64,000 nucleotides of DNA. Source: Dehalococcoidia bacterium. GTDB lineage: Bacteria > Chloroflexota > Dehalococcoidia > Lucifugimonadales > UBA3495. The position numbers were made by a program, and so were the translations under genes. Below the pieces are notes generated by a model, which was not told the DNA's origin, did not search any database, and worked only from the letters and a program-made list of their open reading frames with translations. Positions 1 to 10,257 of the stretch are shown piece by piece. The stretch lies in NCBI GenBank assembly GCA_965221385.1, contig OZ244885.1, positions 2,325,314 through 2,389,313 of the forward strand. The letters are read 5' to 3'. Within the stretch, counting starts at the first letter, position 1; every line of letters begins with the position of its first letter.

Positions 1-680
1 TGGCGGTCCACGCCCGAACCGCACAATTGCTTGGAGTCGTTGGCGTGAACGGCGGCCAGCTTGTCGGCGCCGATAGTTTCGTCAAACTGGTCGATCATTG
101 CCTCCACCCCGGCAACGGTGGTCAGGTCGTACCCGGCGGCGAAGCTATGTTGGGTATCCAGGCATATCCGAAGGCGAGGGTTGTCCACCGCCTGTAGAAT
201 TCCGCCCAGTTCTTCGAACTTGGCACCGATGTGCTGTCCCATGCCGGCCATGTTCTCCAGGCAGAGGTAGGGGCCTTCCGGGGAATTGTCCAGCACGCGC
301 TTGATGGCGGTGACGGCCTGGTCGAAGACCTGCTCGTAGCCTTGGCCCTTGTGGCTGCCGGGATGAAAGATGACGCCGCCGGCTTCGATGTCCGCTGCCA
401 GGGTCATGTAGTTGATCAGGGACTGTACTCCCTTCTCCACCAGCTCGGGATTGGGGCTGCCCAAGTTGATCAGGTAGATGGCGTGGAAGAACACCTCGCC
501 CATGCCCGTTTCGGCTCGACGCTCCTTAAAGGCGGCGATCTCCTTCTCCGGGGGGTGTTTGAAGGCCCAGGTGCGGGCGGAAGAACCGAATATCTGGATG
601 GCTTCGCAACCTATTTCCAGTCCCCGGTCGATGGCCTTGCTAATTCCCCCCGCGGATGAGACGTGCGCTCCAATTTGCAT
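1..680 (-). CDS. nfo: Endonuclease IV (AP endonuclease 2 family), C-terminus cut by window edge
   Basis: Not in the ORF track because it runs off the window. Reverse-strand ATG at 680 with GGAGGA 5 nt upstream. Translation reads MQIGAHVSSAGGISKAIDRGLEIGCEAIQIFGSS..HAIYLINLGSP..FHPGSH..LENMAGMG..CLDTQHSFAAGYD..HANDSK. This is colinear with E. coli Nfo, including the metal-ligand motifs. Confidence 0.85.
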   Translation of the reverse strand, partial: MQIGAHVSSAGGISKAIDRGLEIGCEAIQIFGSSARTWAFKHPPEKEIAAFKERRAETGMGEVFFHAIYLINLGSPNPELVEKGVQSLINYMTLAADIEAGGVIFHPGSHKGQGYEQVFDQAVTAIKRVLDNSPEGPYLCLENMAGMGQHIGAKFEELGGILQAVDNPRLRICLDTQHSFAAGYDLTTVAGVEAMIDQFDETIGADKLAAVHANDSKQLCGSGVDR

Positions 681-835
681 GGTGTTCCTCCTTCCAAGAG
701 GTTTCCCGTTCTGGGCGGGTTTGACCGGCAGCAGGGTTAGTGGGGCCATTATAGCCCATTACCGTTTCACCGCTCGCTGACCGGCTGGGTTGCCGTACAG
801 GTCAGCGCAGTAGGGCCGGCATCAGAAACAGAATT

Positions 836-859
836 GGGGCGTCCAATACAGGACGCCCC
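836..859 (-). terminator. Intrinsic terminator downstream of the amino-acid binding protein gene
   Basis: GGGGCGTCC (836-844) / GGACGCCCC (851-859): 9-bp stem with a 6-nt loop. On the minus strand it is followed by AATTCTGTTTCTG. It lies 62 nt past the stop at 921. Confidence 0.6.
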
Positions 860-920
860 CTATCCTACCGGTCAAATCCTCTCCAGCCACCCACTGTGGG
901 AGGGCCAGATGGAAGGTTGC

Positions 921-2081
921 CTAGCGCAAAGGCGCCGCGTAAATCTGTCCACCCTTGGGGCAGTCGGTGCAGGGAGCCGCGCTCCACAGAGCGTTGCGGC
1001 TGCCTTCCCGGGCGATACCCAGGGGAGCCAGGTGCTTCTCGTAAATCTCGCCGTAGTTGCCAATCTCGCGGATTACGTCCTGGGCCACGGTGACTTCGAG
1101 CCCAAGTTCTTCCTGGCCGAAGGACCCTTCCAGGCCCATCATCCGGTCCACCGGAGTGTTGCCAGTGACCGCAGTGGGTACGCTGTCCGAGGTTACGCCG
1201 TAGGCCTCGGCGTAGATGAGGATGGCCATGACGACCTTAACCACATCGTGCCACTGGTCGTCACCGCTGGGAACGACGGGACCCAGGGGTTCCTCGGAAA
1301 TAGTGCCGGGCAGAATGACGTGGGCGCTGGGGTCGTCCAGGCCCTGCCGGATGCTGACCAGACCGGAGCGGTCGGTGGTCATGGCGTCACACTGGCCGCC
1401 GGAGTAAGCCGTCTCGGTGGCCACGTTGTCCGGGAAGGTATTGATCTCGAAGTTCATGCCGAACTGGTTGCTGAAGTCCTGCAGATTCAGCTCGGTCGTG
1501 GTTCCCTGCTGAACGCAGATGGTGGCGCCTTCCAGCTCCAGGAGGGTGGAGACTCCCATGCTGGTCGGAACCATGAAGCCCTGGCCATCGTAGAACATGG
1601 TCTGGGCAAAATTGCCCCACTGAATATCCCGCGTGGTGGTCCAGGTGGTGTTGCGGGACATGATGTCAACCTCACCCGACTGCATTGTGGGACCGCGCTC
1701 TGCCGCGGTGAGGGGGCGAACTTCAATGGCGTCCGGGTTGCCCAGGACGGCGGTGGCCACGGCCCGGCACAGGTCAATGTCGAACCCGCCAATGTTGCCC
1801 GCGGCGTCCAGGTAGCCGAAACCGGCAAGGGAATCGTTGCCGGCGCAAATCAGCGTGCCGCGCTCTCGTACCCGTTCCAGCCGTCCGGCCTCGTCTTCCA
1901 TCATCATTTCGGCTGGGGCTTCCGCCATGGCTTCCTGCACCCGGGCTTCAACGGTGGCATCGATGTTCGGAGTGGGAGCGGCCGGGGCTGTCGTCTGTTC
2001 CGGCGAGGTACAGGCTGCCAACAGGAGCAGCGAAAACAGGGAAACTAACGCAAATGAAAGGCTTTTCCTAATCATGGGCAA
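921..2081 (-). CDS. Amino-acid ABC transporter substrate-binding lipoprotein (general/polar amino acid, AapJ-like)
   Basis: 386-aa ORF with a lipoprotein-type signal (SLLLLAAC). Family-typical stretches: RGTLICAGNDSLAGFGY, GEVDIMSRNTTWT, ATICVQQGTTTE. Confidence 0.8.
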   Translation of the reverse strand: MPMIRKSLSFALVSLFSLLLLAACTSPEQTTAPAAPTPNIDATVEARVQEAMAEAPAEMMMEDEAGRLERVRERGTLICAGNDSLAGFGYLDAAGNIGGFDIDLCRAVATAVLGNPDAIEVRPLTAAERGPTMQSGEVDIMSRNTTWTTTRDIQWGNFAQTMFYDGQGFMVPTSMGVSTLLELEGATICVQQGTTTELNLQDFSNQFGMNFEINTFPDNVATETAYSGGQCDAMTTDRSGLVSIRQGLDDPSAHVILPGTISEEPLGPVVPSGDDQWHDVVKVVMAILIYAEAYGVTSDSVPTAVTGNTPVDRMMGLEGSFGQEELGLEVTVAQDVIREIGNYGEIYEKHLAPLGIAREGSRNALWSAAPCTDCPKGGQIYAAPLR

Positions 2082-2183
2082 GGGACTCTCCTATTCTTCA
2101 GATGTGGGGAAACTTCCTGCATTCTATTATGCACCCTCTGCCTTGAAATGCAATGCCGCCGGCTGAATTGAACGGCGGCAGCA

Positions 2184-2387
2184 TCATTCTCCTTCCTCCT
2201 GCGGCGCCGGCAGCACTTCCTTCACCCTTCGCTGAAGGTGGGGCCTGGGCACCATCACGTGCCGGCGGCATTCCAGGCACAGCAAGCCAATGTCTGCCCC
2301 AAGACGGGTTACCCTCCAGTAGTAGCCGCCGCAGGGGTGCTGCTTCCTCAGGCGAACCCGGTCGCCCACCTGCAAGTCTAGCGCCAT
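2184..2387 (-). CDS. DUF951 family small protein
   Basis: 67 aa: LQVGDRVRLRKQHPCGGYYWRVTRLGADIGLLCLECRRHVMVPR. This matches the GD.V.LKK.HPCG..W...R.G.D....C..C pattern of DUF951 (YyzM-like). It overlaps the pyrF 3' end by 10 nt. Confidence 0.7.
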   Translation of the reverse strand: MALDLQVGDRVRLRKQHPCGGYYWRVTRLGADIGLLCLECRRHVMVPRPHLQRRVKEVLPAPQEEGE

Positions 2388-3217
2388 CCCTTTCCCTCTT
2401 CATCAAGTATTCGGTTGATGGCTTCCCGCAGCTCGACGGTGGCCCGGCGGGCGGCCTGGCCAAAGTCGGGTCCATCCGAGGCATAGATGATACCCCGGGA
2501 CGAGTTGATTATGGCTCGGCGTCCGGCGGCATCCGCCCCGTTCCTCACGGCCGCGGCCAGGTCTCCGCCCTGGGCGGGGCCCACGCCGGGTATGAGCACG
2601 GGCATTTCGGGATTCAGTTCTCGAACCCGCCTGAGCTGATCCGGGGCGGTTGCTCCCACCACCAAACCCACGTTGCCATTGCCGTTCCATTGCTGGCTGA
2701 TATGGGCCAGGCGCTCATAGATGGGCATTGTCGTTCCATCCACCTGGACTGGCAACTCCTGCAGGGTGGCGGAGCCGGGGTTGGACCCCCGACACCAAAT
2801 GAAAATGCCCCGGTCCGCATCTTCAAGGAAGGGTTCCAGGGTGTCGGCGCCGCCCCAGGCATTGACCGTCACCGAATCGAACCCCCAAACCTGGAACATG
2901 GCCCGCGCGTAGGCCCGACCGGAGGGGCCAATGTCGCCCCGCTTGGCATCGCCGATGATGAATGCCTGCGGCGCCGCATCTCGTATGACCTTTATGGTGT
3001 CCTCCAGCGCCCGAAGGCCGGGAATGCCCAGGGCCTCGTAGAAGCTGAGGTTGGGCTTGTAGGCCGCGGTCAGGTCTGCGGTGGCCTCAACGATGGCCCG
3101 GTTGAATTCCAGCACATCCGACACGGGCATGCGGGCCGGTTCCGGGTCCAATCCCACGCACACCAGGCTTTGGTTGGCCTCGCAGGCCCCATCCAGTTTT
3201 TCGAGGTAGGTAGGCAT
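2378..3217 (-). CDS. pyrF: Orotidine 5'-phosphate decarboxylase, type 2
   Basis: Track ORF 2378-3370 trimmed to ATG 3217 (MPTYLEKLDGA..). Motifs LVCVGLDPEP and IIGDAKRGDIG. Length after trimming is 279 aa, typical of long-type PyrF. Confidence 0.85.
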   Translation of the reverse strand: MPTYLEKLDGACEANQSLVCVGLDPEPARMPVSDVLEFNRAIVEATADLTAAYKPNLSFYEALGIPGLRALEDTIKVIRDAAPQAFIIGDAKRGDIGPSGRAYARAMFQVWGFDSVTVNAWGGADTLEPFLEDADRGIFIWCRGSNPGSATLQELPVQVDGTTMPIYERLAHISQQWNGNGNVGLVVGATAPDQLRRVRELNPEMPVLIPGVGPAQGGDLAAAVRNGADAAGRRAIINSSRGIIYASDGPDFGQAARRATVELREAINRILDEEGKGWR

Positions 3218-3462
3218 GGCACATGTTCCGGCAGGGTAGAATTCAGCAAAGGCAAAGGTTCTACGGTTGGTACCCATTATAGCGATGGCGCAGGGGCTGC
3301 CGCACCATCCCCACGAGCCAGGCGGTTGATTTGGGCGGAGCCATGTCTCGGGATCCACCATCAAGGGCATGATTCGACTCCGGTTGCGGATTGACGGGAA
3401 TGAATTTGGTAGAATGACGCTGAAGCCGAATTGGATGGAAATTAGGCTGACATGGAGGGACT

Positions 3463-4146
3463 ATGGCGGGGCAAATTGCGCTGGTAGGGGGCGACGAGTT
3501 TCGCCGTAACTGCGGGGACATGGACCGGGAGATTCTGGCCGCAACCGGCAAGGATGCCGCCAGGGTGGTGGTCCTGCCCACCGCCGCAGTCAATGGCCCG
3601 GTCAAGGCGGCGCACGATGGCGTCACCCATTTCACCGGGCTTGGTGGCAACGGACAGCCCCTGATGATTCTGGACAAAGAACAGGCCAATGATCCGGCCA
3701 TGGTGGACCGGCTGGACGGCGCCGACGTGATCTACTTCACCGGGGGCAATCCCAACCACCTGCTGGAGACGTTGCAGGAATCCCAGTTGCTGACTGCGAT
3801 ATTGGCTGCGCTGGACGGCGGCGCCATCCTGGCCGGCTCCAGCGCCGGGGCCATGGTCATGGGCTCGGTGATGCGCCGGCCCCGGGCCGACGAGTGGGTG
3901 ACCGGTCTGGGCATTGCCGGGGAGGTTTGCCTCCTGCCCCACCACGAGCGCAGCAACCCGGACCAGGTGATGGAACAAATCCAGGAGCGGTTGTCCCCCT
4001 CGTTGACCATCTTCGGCATTGACGCCCAGACCGCGTGTCTGGGCGGCCCGGGCAACTGGCGGGTAACCGGCCACGGGCAGGTTACCGTGTACCGCCCGGA
4101 GGGCTGGCAACAGTACCGGGCTGGGGAGACCATCCGGGGAAGTTAG
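3463..4146 (+). CDS. Peptidase S51 / cyanophycinase-like (class I glutamine amidotransferase-like fold)
   Basis: 227 aa. GGAGGG SD before the ATG. Motifs FTGGNPNHLL and the nucleophile-elbow-like GSSAGAMVMG. Confidence 0.7.
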   Translation: MAGQIALVGGDEFRRNCGDMDREILAATGKDAARVVVLPTAAVNGPVKAAHDGVTHFTGLGGNGQPLMILDKEQANDPAMVDRLDGADVIYFTGGNPNHLLETLQESQLLTAILAALDGGAILAGSSAGAMVMGSVMRRPRADEWVTGLGIAGEVCLLPHHERSNPDQVMEQIQERLSPSLTIFGIDAQTACLGGPGNWRVTGHGQVTVYRPEGWQQYRAGETIRGS

Positions 4147-4179
4147 AACCTTCAACCCCAAACCAAGGTTCCCTGAACC

Positions 4180-4712
4180 GTAGGGGCGCACAGCCTTGTG
4201 CCCCTACCCCCGTCGAACAACCTTTTCGCCACCTGCCTCGCCCCCCAATTGTCATTCCCAGCGGTAGCCGAGGAACCCCAACCGCAGGGGGAAACCATCC
4301 TTCCCACTCCCTGTCCCCCACATCTGTCATTCCGAGCGCCAGCCGAGGAATCCCAACGTTGCGGGGGAGCTGTCAATGCCATTCCGAGGCTTTCCTCCCC
4401 TTCCCCGGTAAAGGGAACGTGTACTGGGAGTGGGAAGGTTGATTGATGGCCGCGGTTGGGATTCCTCGGCTGCCGCTCGGAATGACAGGTCTGGCTGGCT
4501 TGCGGTGGGTGGTGTGGTCACCCGTAACGGTTGGGATTCCTTGGCTGACGCTCGGAATGACAGGGTAGGTTGGCTGGGCACGGCATGGTTGGTTGTTAGG
4601 GGTAGGGGCGCACGGCTGTGCGCCCCTACTGTGCGTGGAGTTGGTTGGCTGGGAATGGCCGGTGACGGTCGCTTCTTTCGGTTGGGATTCCTCGGCTGAC
4701 GCTCGGAATGAC
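4180..4712. repeat. Repeat cluster 1: GC palindrome P plus forward and reverse copies of the 32-nt core
   Basis: P copies at 4180-4207 (imperfect) and 4602-4629. Forward cores at 4251-4282 and 4326-4357. Reverse cores at 4455-4486, 4530-4561 and 4681-4712. Spacing is 75 bp within each orientation. The cluster fills the convergent gap between the S51 gene and hisIE. Confidence 0.85.
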
Positions 4713-4723
4713 AGTCAAGGGGG

Positions 4724-5344
4724 CTACCCCCGCCTCTCCCGCAGGGTGTCCCATACCTCCTGGGGGCGGGACCCGGTGGCCGCCAGCAATACCAGGGTAT
4801 GGTACAGCAGGTCGCCAACCTCTCCGATGAAGGCCGCCCGGTCTTCCTGGACGGCGGCCAGGGCCGACTCACCCGCTTCCTCGATGACCTTCTGGGCCAC
4901 GCGGGCAACGCCTTCCTGGAGGAGACGCACCGTGTAGCTGTCCTCCGGCTGTTCCCGTTGGCGGTCCTGGATCAGGGCGAATAGTTCGTCCAGAATGCCG
5001 GAACCTGACTCGGTGACCTCGTATTCATCCGGCAGGCCATCCATGGGGTTGAAGAAGCAGGACACCTCGCCGGTGTGGCAGGCGGGGCCGTCGGGCTGCA
5101 CCTTCAACAGGATCGTATCGGCGTCGCAATCCACATAGGCTTCACGCAGGTTCAGGTAATTGCCCGAAATCTCGCCCTTGTGCCAAAGGTCTTCCCGGCT
5201 GCGGCTGTAGAACCAAACCTGCTCACCCTCCACCGTTCGTTTCAGCGAGCCGGGGTTCATGTAACCCAGCATCAGCACTTCGCCGGTGTTGATGTCCTGG
5301 GCAATGGCCGGAACCAGTCCCTTGTCGTTCAACTTTACCTTCAT
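4724..5344 (-). CDS. hisIE: Bifunctional phosphoribosyl-AMP cyclohydrolase / phosphoribosyl-ATP pyrophosphatase
   Basis: The N-terminal half carries HisI motifs (WFYSRSR..LWHKGE.SGN, DCDADTILLKV, GPACHTGEVSCFF). The C-terminal half is HisE-like (PEDSYTVRLL, AQKVIEEAGE). Confidence 0.9.
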   Translation of the reverse strand: MKVKLNDKGLVPAIAQDINTGEVLMLGYMNPGSLKRTVEGEQVWFYSRSREDLWHKGEISGNYLNLREAYVDCDADTILLKVQPDGPACHTGEVSCFFNPMDGLPDEYEVTESGSGILDELFALIQDRQREQPEDSYTVRLLQEGVARVAQKVIEEAGESALAAVQEDRAAFIGEVGDLLYHTLVLLAATGSRPQEVWDTLRERRG

Positions 5345-5378
5345 GTCCGTTCACCTCTGGCGGGGTTGGAGGGTCAAT

Positions 5379-6074
5379 CTAGTCATCGAGCAAACTGGTC
5401 AGGTCCAGCAGGCTGGATATACGGTGGTCGGGGTCCGGCAGTCCGGGGTCCGGCGCCGTTCCATTCCGGTTGATCCAAACGGAACCCAGGCCGGCCAGGC
5501 GAGCGCCCTGGACATCCTCCAGCTGGCGATCGCCCACGTACACTGCCTCTTCGGGGGAAAGGTTCAACTGCCGTAGCAAAGTATGGAAGAAGGCCGGGTT
5601 GGGCTTGTAGCTGCGGGCGCCCTCGGAAGACAGGGTAGCGGTGAAGGGAAAGTCCAGCCTCCGCAAAGGCGGGTCAAGGAAGCAGTCATCGGCGTTGGAC
5701 AAAACCAAGACCCGTCGCCTAAGGGATATGGCTTCCAGAGCCTCCCGGGTCTCCGGGTAGGGGTCCCGTTGCCCCATGTCGTTGATCCAGTAGTCGGCGG
5801 CGGCGTCCGAGTCGCCGGAAAGTCCCAGGGATTGAAAGGCATCGGCAAAGGCGTTCCGCCATGCTACCGAATAGGACTGGAAGGGGAAGCGGGAATCGCT
5901 GCGGGTTTGGCGGAAGTCGGTGCAGGCCTCCAGCCAGGCATGGTTCAGGGCATCCACCGACACCTCCAAACCCTGCTGTTCGATGATTGCGCCCATGGCC
6001 GCGTTCCAATGTTCGGGGCTGTCCTGGAACAGGGTGCCAAAGGCATCGAATACTACGGTGGTTATCCTGGTCAT
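5379..6074 (-). CDS. HAD superfamily hydrolase, haloacid-dehalogenase-type-II-like
   Basis: Track ORF trimmed to ATG 6074 (MTRITTVVFDAFGTLF). Motif I is DAFGT. Downstream motifs LSNAD and VGDR..D. Confidence 0.75.
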   Translation of the reverse strand: MTRITTVVFDAFGTLFQDSPEHWNAAMGAIIEQQGLEVSVDALNHAWLEACTDFRQTRSDSRFPFQSYSVAWRNAFADAFQSLGLSGDSDAAADYWINDMGQRDPYPETREALEAISLRRRVLVLSNADDCFLDPPLRRLDFPFTATLSSEGARSYKPNPAFFHTLLRQLNLSPEEAVYVGDRQLEDVQGARLAGLGSVWINRNGTAPDPGLPDPDHRISSLLDLTSLLDD

Positions 6075-6153
6075 GGTTCGTTGAGATTCACCTCGTTGAG
6101 AGTGGCGGGCAGGCCATGGTTCACAGCAGCTCATTCATGGATACATGGATAGT

Positions 6154-6999
<846 letters not shown>

Positions 7000-7168
7000 T
7001 GGGCGGATAAGCTCCGGCGGGTTGATTCTGGGACCCTGCAAAGTATAACACCTGTTGGCCCCGGCTCCCCGATGGTTCCCGCGACCATCCTGGCGCTGCG
7101 GCGGGTTGGTTGGCAGGCCCGATTTGCCTGGGCTACAATTGACCATTCCCAAACCTTGGAGGTGCAAC

Positions 7169-7564
7169 ATGGCAATTACACTGGCGGAAGCCAACCGGAT
7201 CGTGGAAGGGGCCCTGGCCCACGCGGCAGAACTGAACATCAAGGTCAGCGCCGCGGTGGTGGACGGGGGTGGTCGTCTCATCGCAATGCAGCGCATGGAT
7301 GGAGCCATTTGGGCCAGCGCCTATGGTTCCCAGGGCAAGGCGGTGGCCTCGGCGGCTTTCGGGCGGGCCAGCGGCGAGATGCAGGAACGGGCAACCCAGC
7401 CCACGCCGGCGGGCATCAACGCCGCTTCCGGCGGAGCGATGATCATGGGTCAGGGCGCGGTGCCCATCATCCGCAACGGGGTCATAGAGGGAGCCTGCGG
7501 TGTGGGCGGTGGCACCAGCCAGCAGGACGAGGATTGCGCCAAGGCGGGAGTTGCCAAACTCTAA
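7169..7564 (+). CDS. GlcG/HbpS-like heme-binding protein (DUF336)
   Basis: Start moved to ATG 7169 (GGAGGTG SD). Motifs [22 protein letters not shown] and [16 protein letters not shown]. Confidence 0.75.
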   Translation: MAITLAEANRIVEGALAHAAELNIKVSAAVVDGGGRLIAMQRMDGAIWASAYGSQGKAVASAAFGRASGEMQERATQPTPAGINAASGGAMIMGQGAVPIIRNGVIEGACGVGGGTSQQDEDCAKAGVAKL

Positions 7565-7733
7565 CTTGGTCGCCCCTGCAGTCAACCCATAAACAACGGG
7601 CATCGGTTTGCAGGGTTCAGGGCGAGAATCGCTCTCTGATGAGTGTGGCGTTCGGAAGGGGCTTGATGGGGCCGGTATGGCTCCCGCTGTCTCCCTTCCG
7701 GGCCGGCCCGGCTTGCTGGGGCAAACCCGTTCC

Positions 7734-8474
7734 TCAGGGAAGAAAGGCAAACACCGAGGCCGGCGAGCCGCTGCCGCCCACCAATTGCAGGGCGCCGATC
7801 ACCACCGTGGCGCCGGTGGGTGGCAGTTGGTCAAGATTGCAAAGGTTCTCCAGCACAATGCGCTTCCGTTCCAGGGTGCGGCGGTTGATGGAAAACTCCG
7901 TGTCGAGGCCGCCGTCCACGCCGTGGGTGTCTATGCCGATGCCGGCTGCTCCCCGCTGTGTCAGCAGCACCCCCAATGCCATTGCCCCGAAGCCGGGGAA
8001 GTGCATATCCCCAGCGCCAGCATCCCCGATGCTGGCCGAATCCCGCCTTGGGGAGATGCCCAAGTAGGATTGTGGGTCCGGCCATTTTTCCTGCCAGCCG
8101 GTGTACAGTAGGGCCAGACATCGGGGTGGAATGGGGCCATGTTCCCTTTCCCATTCCAGTAGCGCGTCAACCCCCAGCAGGTAATCGGGGTTGGCGGCAG
8201 CCCGCTCCCGGACGTCGATAACTATTGCCGGAAGGACCAAGTCCGACGGGGAGAACTCATCAATGCCGGCGCCGTCGGCGTAGAAACCGGCCGGGGTGTT
8301 GATGTGGGTACCCGAATGTTCCCCCAGGGAGAAACGCCGCAAGAAAAACCCGTCCCTTTCCAGGGTGGCGACCAGCTCAAATTCGGGTATGGGGTCGCCC
8401 GGCCACCGGGGTATGGCGGGATGGACGGGGTGGCTGAGGCTTACGATTCGCGACGATTGCAGGAATTGGGTCAT
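7734..8474 (-). CDS. Cyclase family protein (arylformamidase-like)
   Basis: 246 aa. HSGTHINTP matches the HxGTHxDxP motif of the putative cyclase family. Confidence 0.75.
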   Translation of the reverse strand: MTQFLQSSRIVSLSHPVHPAIPRWPGDPIPEFELVATLERDGFFLRRFSLGEHSGTHINTPAGFYADGAGIDEFSPSDLVLPAIVIDVRERAAANPDYLLGVDALLEWEREHGPIPPRCLALLYTGWQEKWPDPQSYLGISPRRDSASIGDAGAGDMHFPGFGAMALGVLLTQRGAAGIGIDTHGVDGGLDTEFSINRRTLERKRIVLENLCNLDQLPPTGATVVIGALQLVGGSGSPASVFAFLP

Positions 8475-8562
8475 CGCCAGCTACTCGCCGGGCCTTTACC
8501 CTGCAGCTGGCAAAATATCCAGTAATTCAAGAGGCTTGGTCCGCCCCTTCTCCCTGGCCCCA

Positions 8563-9360
8563 TCAGGATTCCTCCTCTTCTTCCATCCGCAGGCGGCCGA
8601 GGAAGACATCGGTAAGGATGTTGGTCTCCTGGATGGTACGGGGGGTACCGCTGTGCACCAGCCGGCCCTTGTCCAGGACGTAGGCGCGAGAGGCTATGTC
8701 CAGCACGCCCTTGATGTTGTGTTCCACCACGAAGATGGTGGTCTGGAGCTTCTCGTTGATTTCGCGCACCTTCTCGAACACCTCGCGAACCACGAGGGGG
8801 GCTAGGCCGAGGGTTGGTTCGTCCAACAGCAGGGCTTCGGGATTGGCCATGAGGCCCCGGCCCAGGGCCAGCATCTGCTGTTGGCCGCCGGACATTTGGC
8901 TGGCCAGGTCCCGGCGCTTATCGTAGAGAATCGGGAACAGTTCCAGGACCGTATCCAGGCGGCGAGCCTGTTCCGCCCGGTTGTGCAGGTACAGGCAGCC
9001 CAACTCCAAGTTTTCGGCGACGGACAGGTGGGTAAAGACCCTCCGGCCCTGGGGTACGAAGGAAATGCCCCGCTTGACGATTTCGTGGGTGGCGGCCTCC
9101 AGGGGTTGCCCCTTCCATAGGACCTGTCCCGCAGTTACAGGGGCCAGTCCCATGATCGCCTTCAGCACCGTGGATTTTCCGGCGCCGTTGGGGCCCATCA
9201 CTGCTGCCAATTCCCCGCGCCCCACGCCCAGGCTCACCTGCTCCAGCGCCATCACCGCGCCGAACTGCACTGTTATGCCGCGCAACTCCAGGATCATTTT
9301 GGAGTCGTTGGCCCCGTCGTTGGGTTGCGGTTGTTCCGTTGTGAAGGCTTCTCGGTACAT
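8563..9360 (-). CDS. livF: Branched-chain amino-acid ABC transporter ATP-binding protein
   Basis: Walker A GPNGAGKST, signature SGGQQQML, Walker B LLLDEP. The start is ambiguous between ATG 9360 and ATG 9297 (MILELRGI). Confidence 0.85.
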   Translation of the reverse strand: MYREAFTTEQPQPNDGANDSKMILELRGITVQFGAVMALEQVSLGVGRGELAAVMGPNGAGKSTVLKAIMGLAPVTAGQVLWKGQPLEAATHEIVKRGISFVPQGRRVFTHLSVAENLELGCLYLHNRAEQARRLDTVLELFPILYDKRRDLASQMSGGQQQMLALGRGLMANPEALLLDEPTLGLAPLVVREVFEKVREINEKLQTTIFVVEHNIKGVLDIASRAYVLDKGRLVHSGTPRTIQETNILTDVFLGRLRMEEEEES

Positions 9361-9498
9361 TCTCTTCTGGTTGGGTTTCCCGGAGATTTCCCGTCTCTAG
9401 GCGGAATTGGAAGTCTGGTCGGGCGTCCTGGGTTTCTCCATTCGCCAAGGCGTTGAATTGCGCTCTTTTCCTCAGCGGGAGAGGGGCTCAGGTTCTGG

Positions 9499-10257
9499 TC
9501 AGGCTCCCAGGTAGGCGGCGATAACTTCGGGTTGGCTTAGCACGTCCTCAACCTCGCCGGCCAGCAGCAGTTTGCCGCCGTCCAATACTATCAGGTGGTC
9601 GGCCATTTCCCTCACAATGTCCATGTTGTGGGACACGAAGATCAGGGTCCGTCCCTCGTCCCGGAGGCCCTTGAGCAACTCCTTGACCCGCTCCAACATC
9701 TGCGGAAAGAGTCCGGCAAAGGGCTCGTCCAGCAGGTAGATGTTGACGTTCAGGGCCATGGCCCGTCCTATCTCCAGCAATTTGCGTTGCCCGTAGGAAA
9801 GGTCCAGGGCCAGGGAATCCCGCTTTTCCCACATACCCACCTTTTCCAGGATTTCCCGGGCCTGCTCCCGGTACCGGCGGCTGGTTCGCTCGAACAGGGA
9901 GGGCCAGAATCTGCGGGTGGTGAGGGCCACCAGAATGTTGTCCAACACGCTGATCTGGTCGAACAGGCGAACCTCCTGAAAGGTTCGGGTTATGCCGTGG
10001 TCCGGGGTTTCGTAGGCGTGGATGGTCTTGAGGCCCAGGCCGTCAATGATCACCATGCCGCCGTCCAGGGGTAGCACACCGCTGATCAGGTTGATGAGGG
10101 TGGACTTGCCCGACCCGTTTGGCCCAACGATGCTGGTCACGCCCCGGCGGGGAATGACCAAGCTCAGCCCGTCCACTGCGGCAAGGGCGCCGAAATACTT
10201 GGCGATTTCCACCGTTTCCAGGATGTAGTAGTCCTGATCGGCGCAATTCTGGCTCAC
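9499..10257 (-). CDS. livG: Branched-chain amino-acid ABC transporter ATP-binding protein
   Basis: Track ORF 9499-10569 trimmed to GTG 10257, which forms a GTGA overlap with the livM stop. Walker A GPNGSGKST, signature SYGQRKLLEI, Walker B YLLDEP. Confidence 0.85.
   Translation of the reverse strand: MSQNCADQDYYILETVEIAKYFGALAAVDGLSLVIPRRGVTSIVGPNGSGKSTLINLISGVLPLDGGMVIIDGLGLKTIHAYETPDHGITRTFQEVRLFDQISVLDNILVALTTRRFWPSLFERTSRRYREQAREILEKVGMWEKRDSLALDLSYGQRKLLEIGRAMALNVNIYLLDEPFAGLFPQMLERVKELLKGLRDEGRTLIFVSHNMDIVREMADHLIVLDGGKLLLAGEVEDVLSQPEVIAAYLGA

Noticed and set aside
5379-6074. HAD hydrolase between hisIE and hisF as the missing histidinol-phosphate phosphatase
   Set aside because: Motif I is DAFGT (haloacid-dehalogenase type II style). 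It lacks the second Asp (D+2) that HAD phosphatases use as general acid/base. Gene context alone is insufficient.
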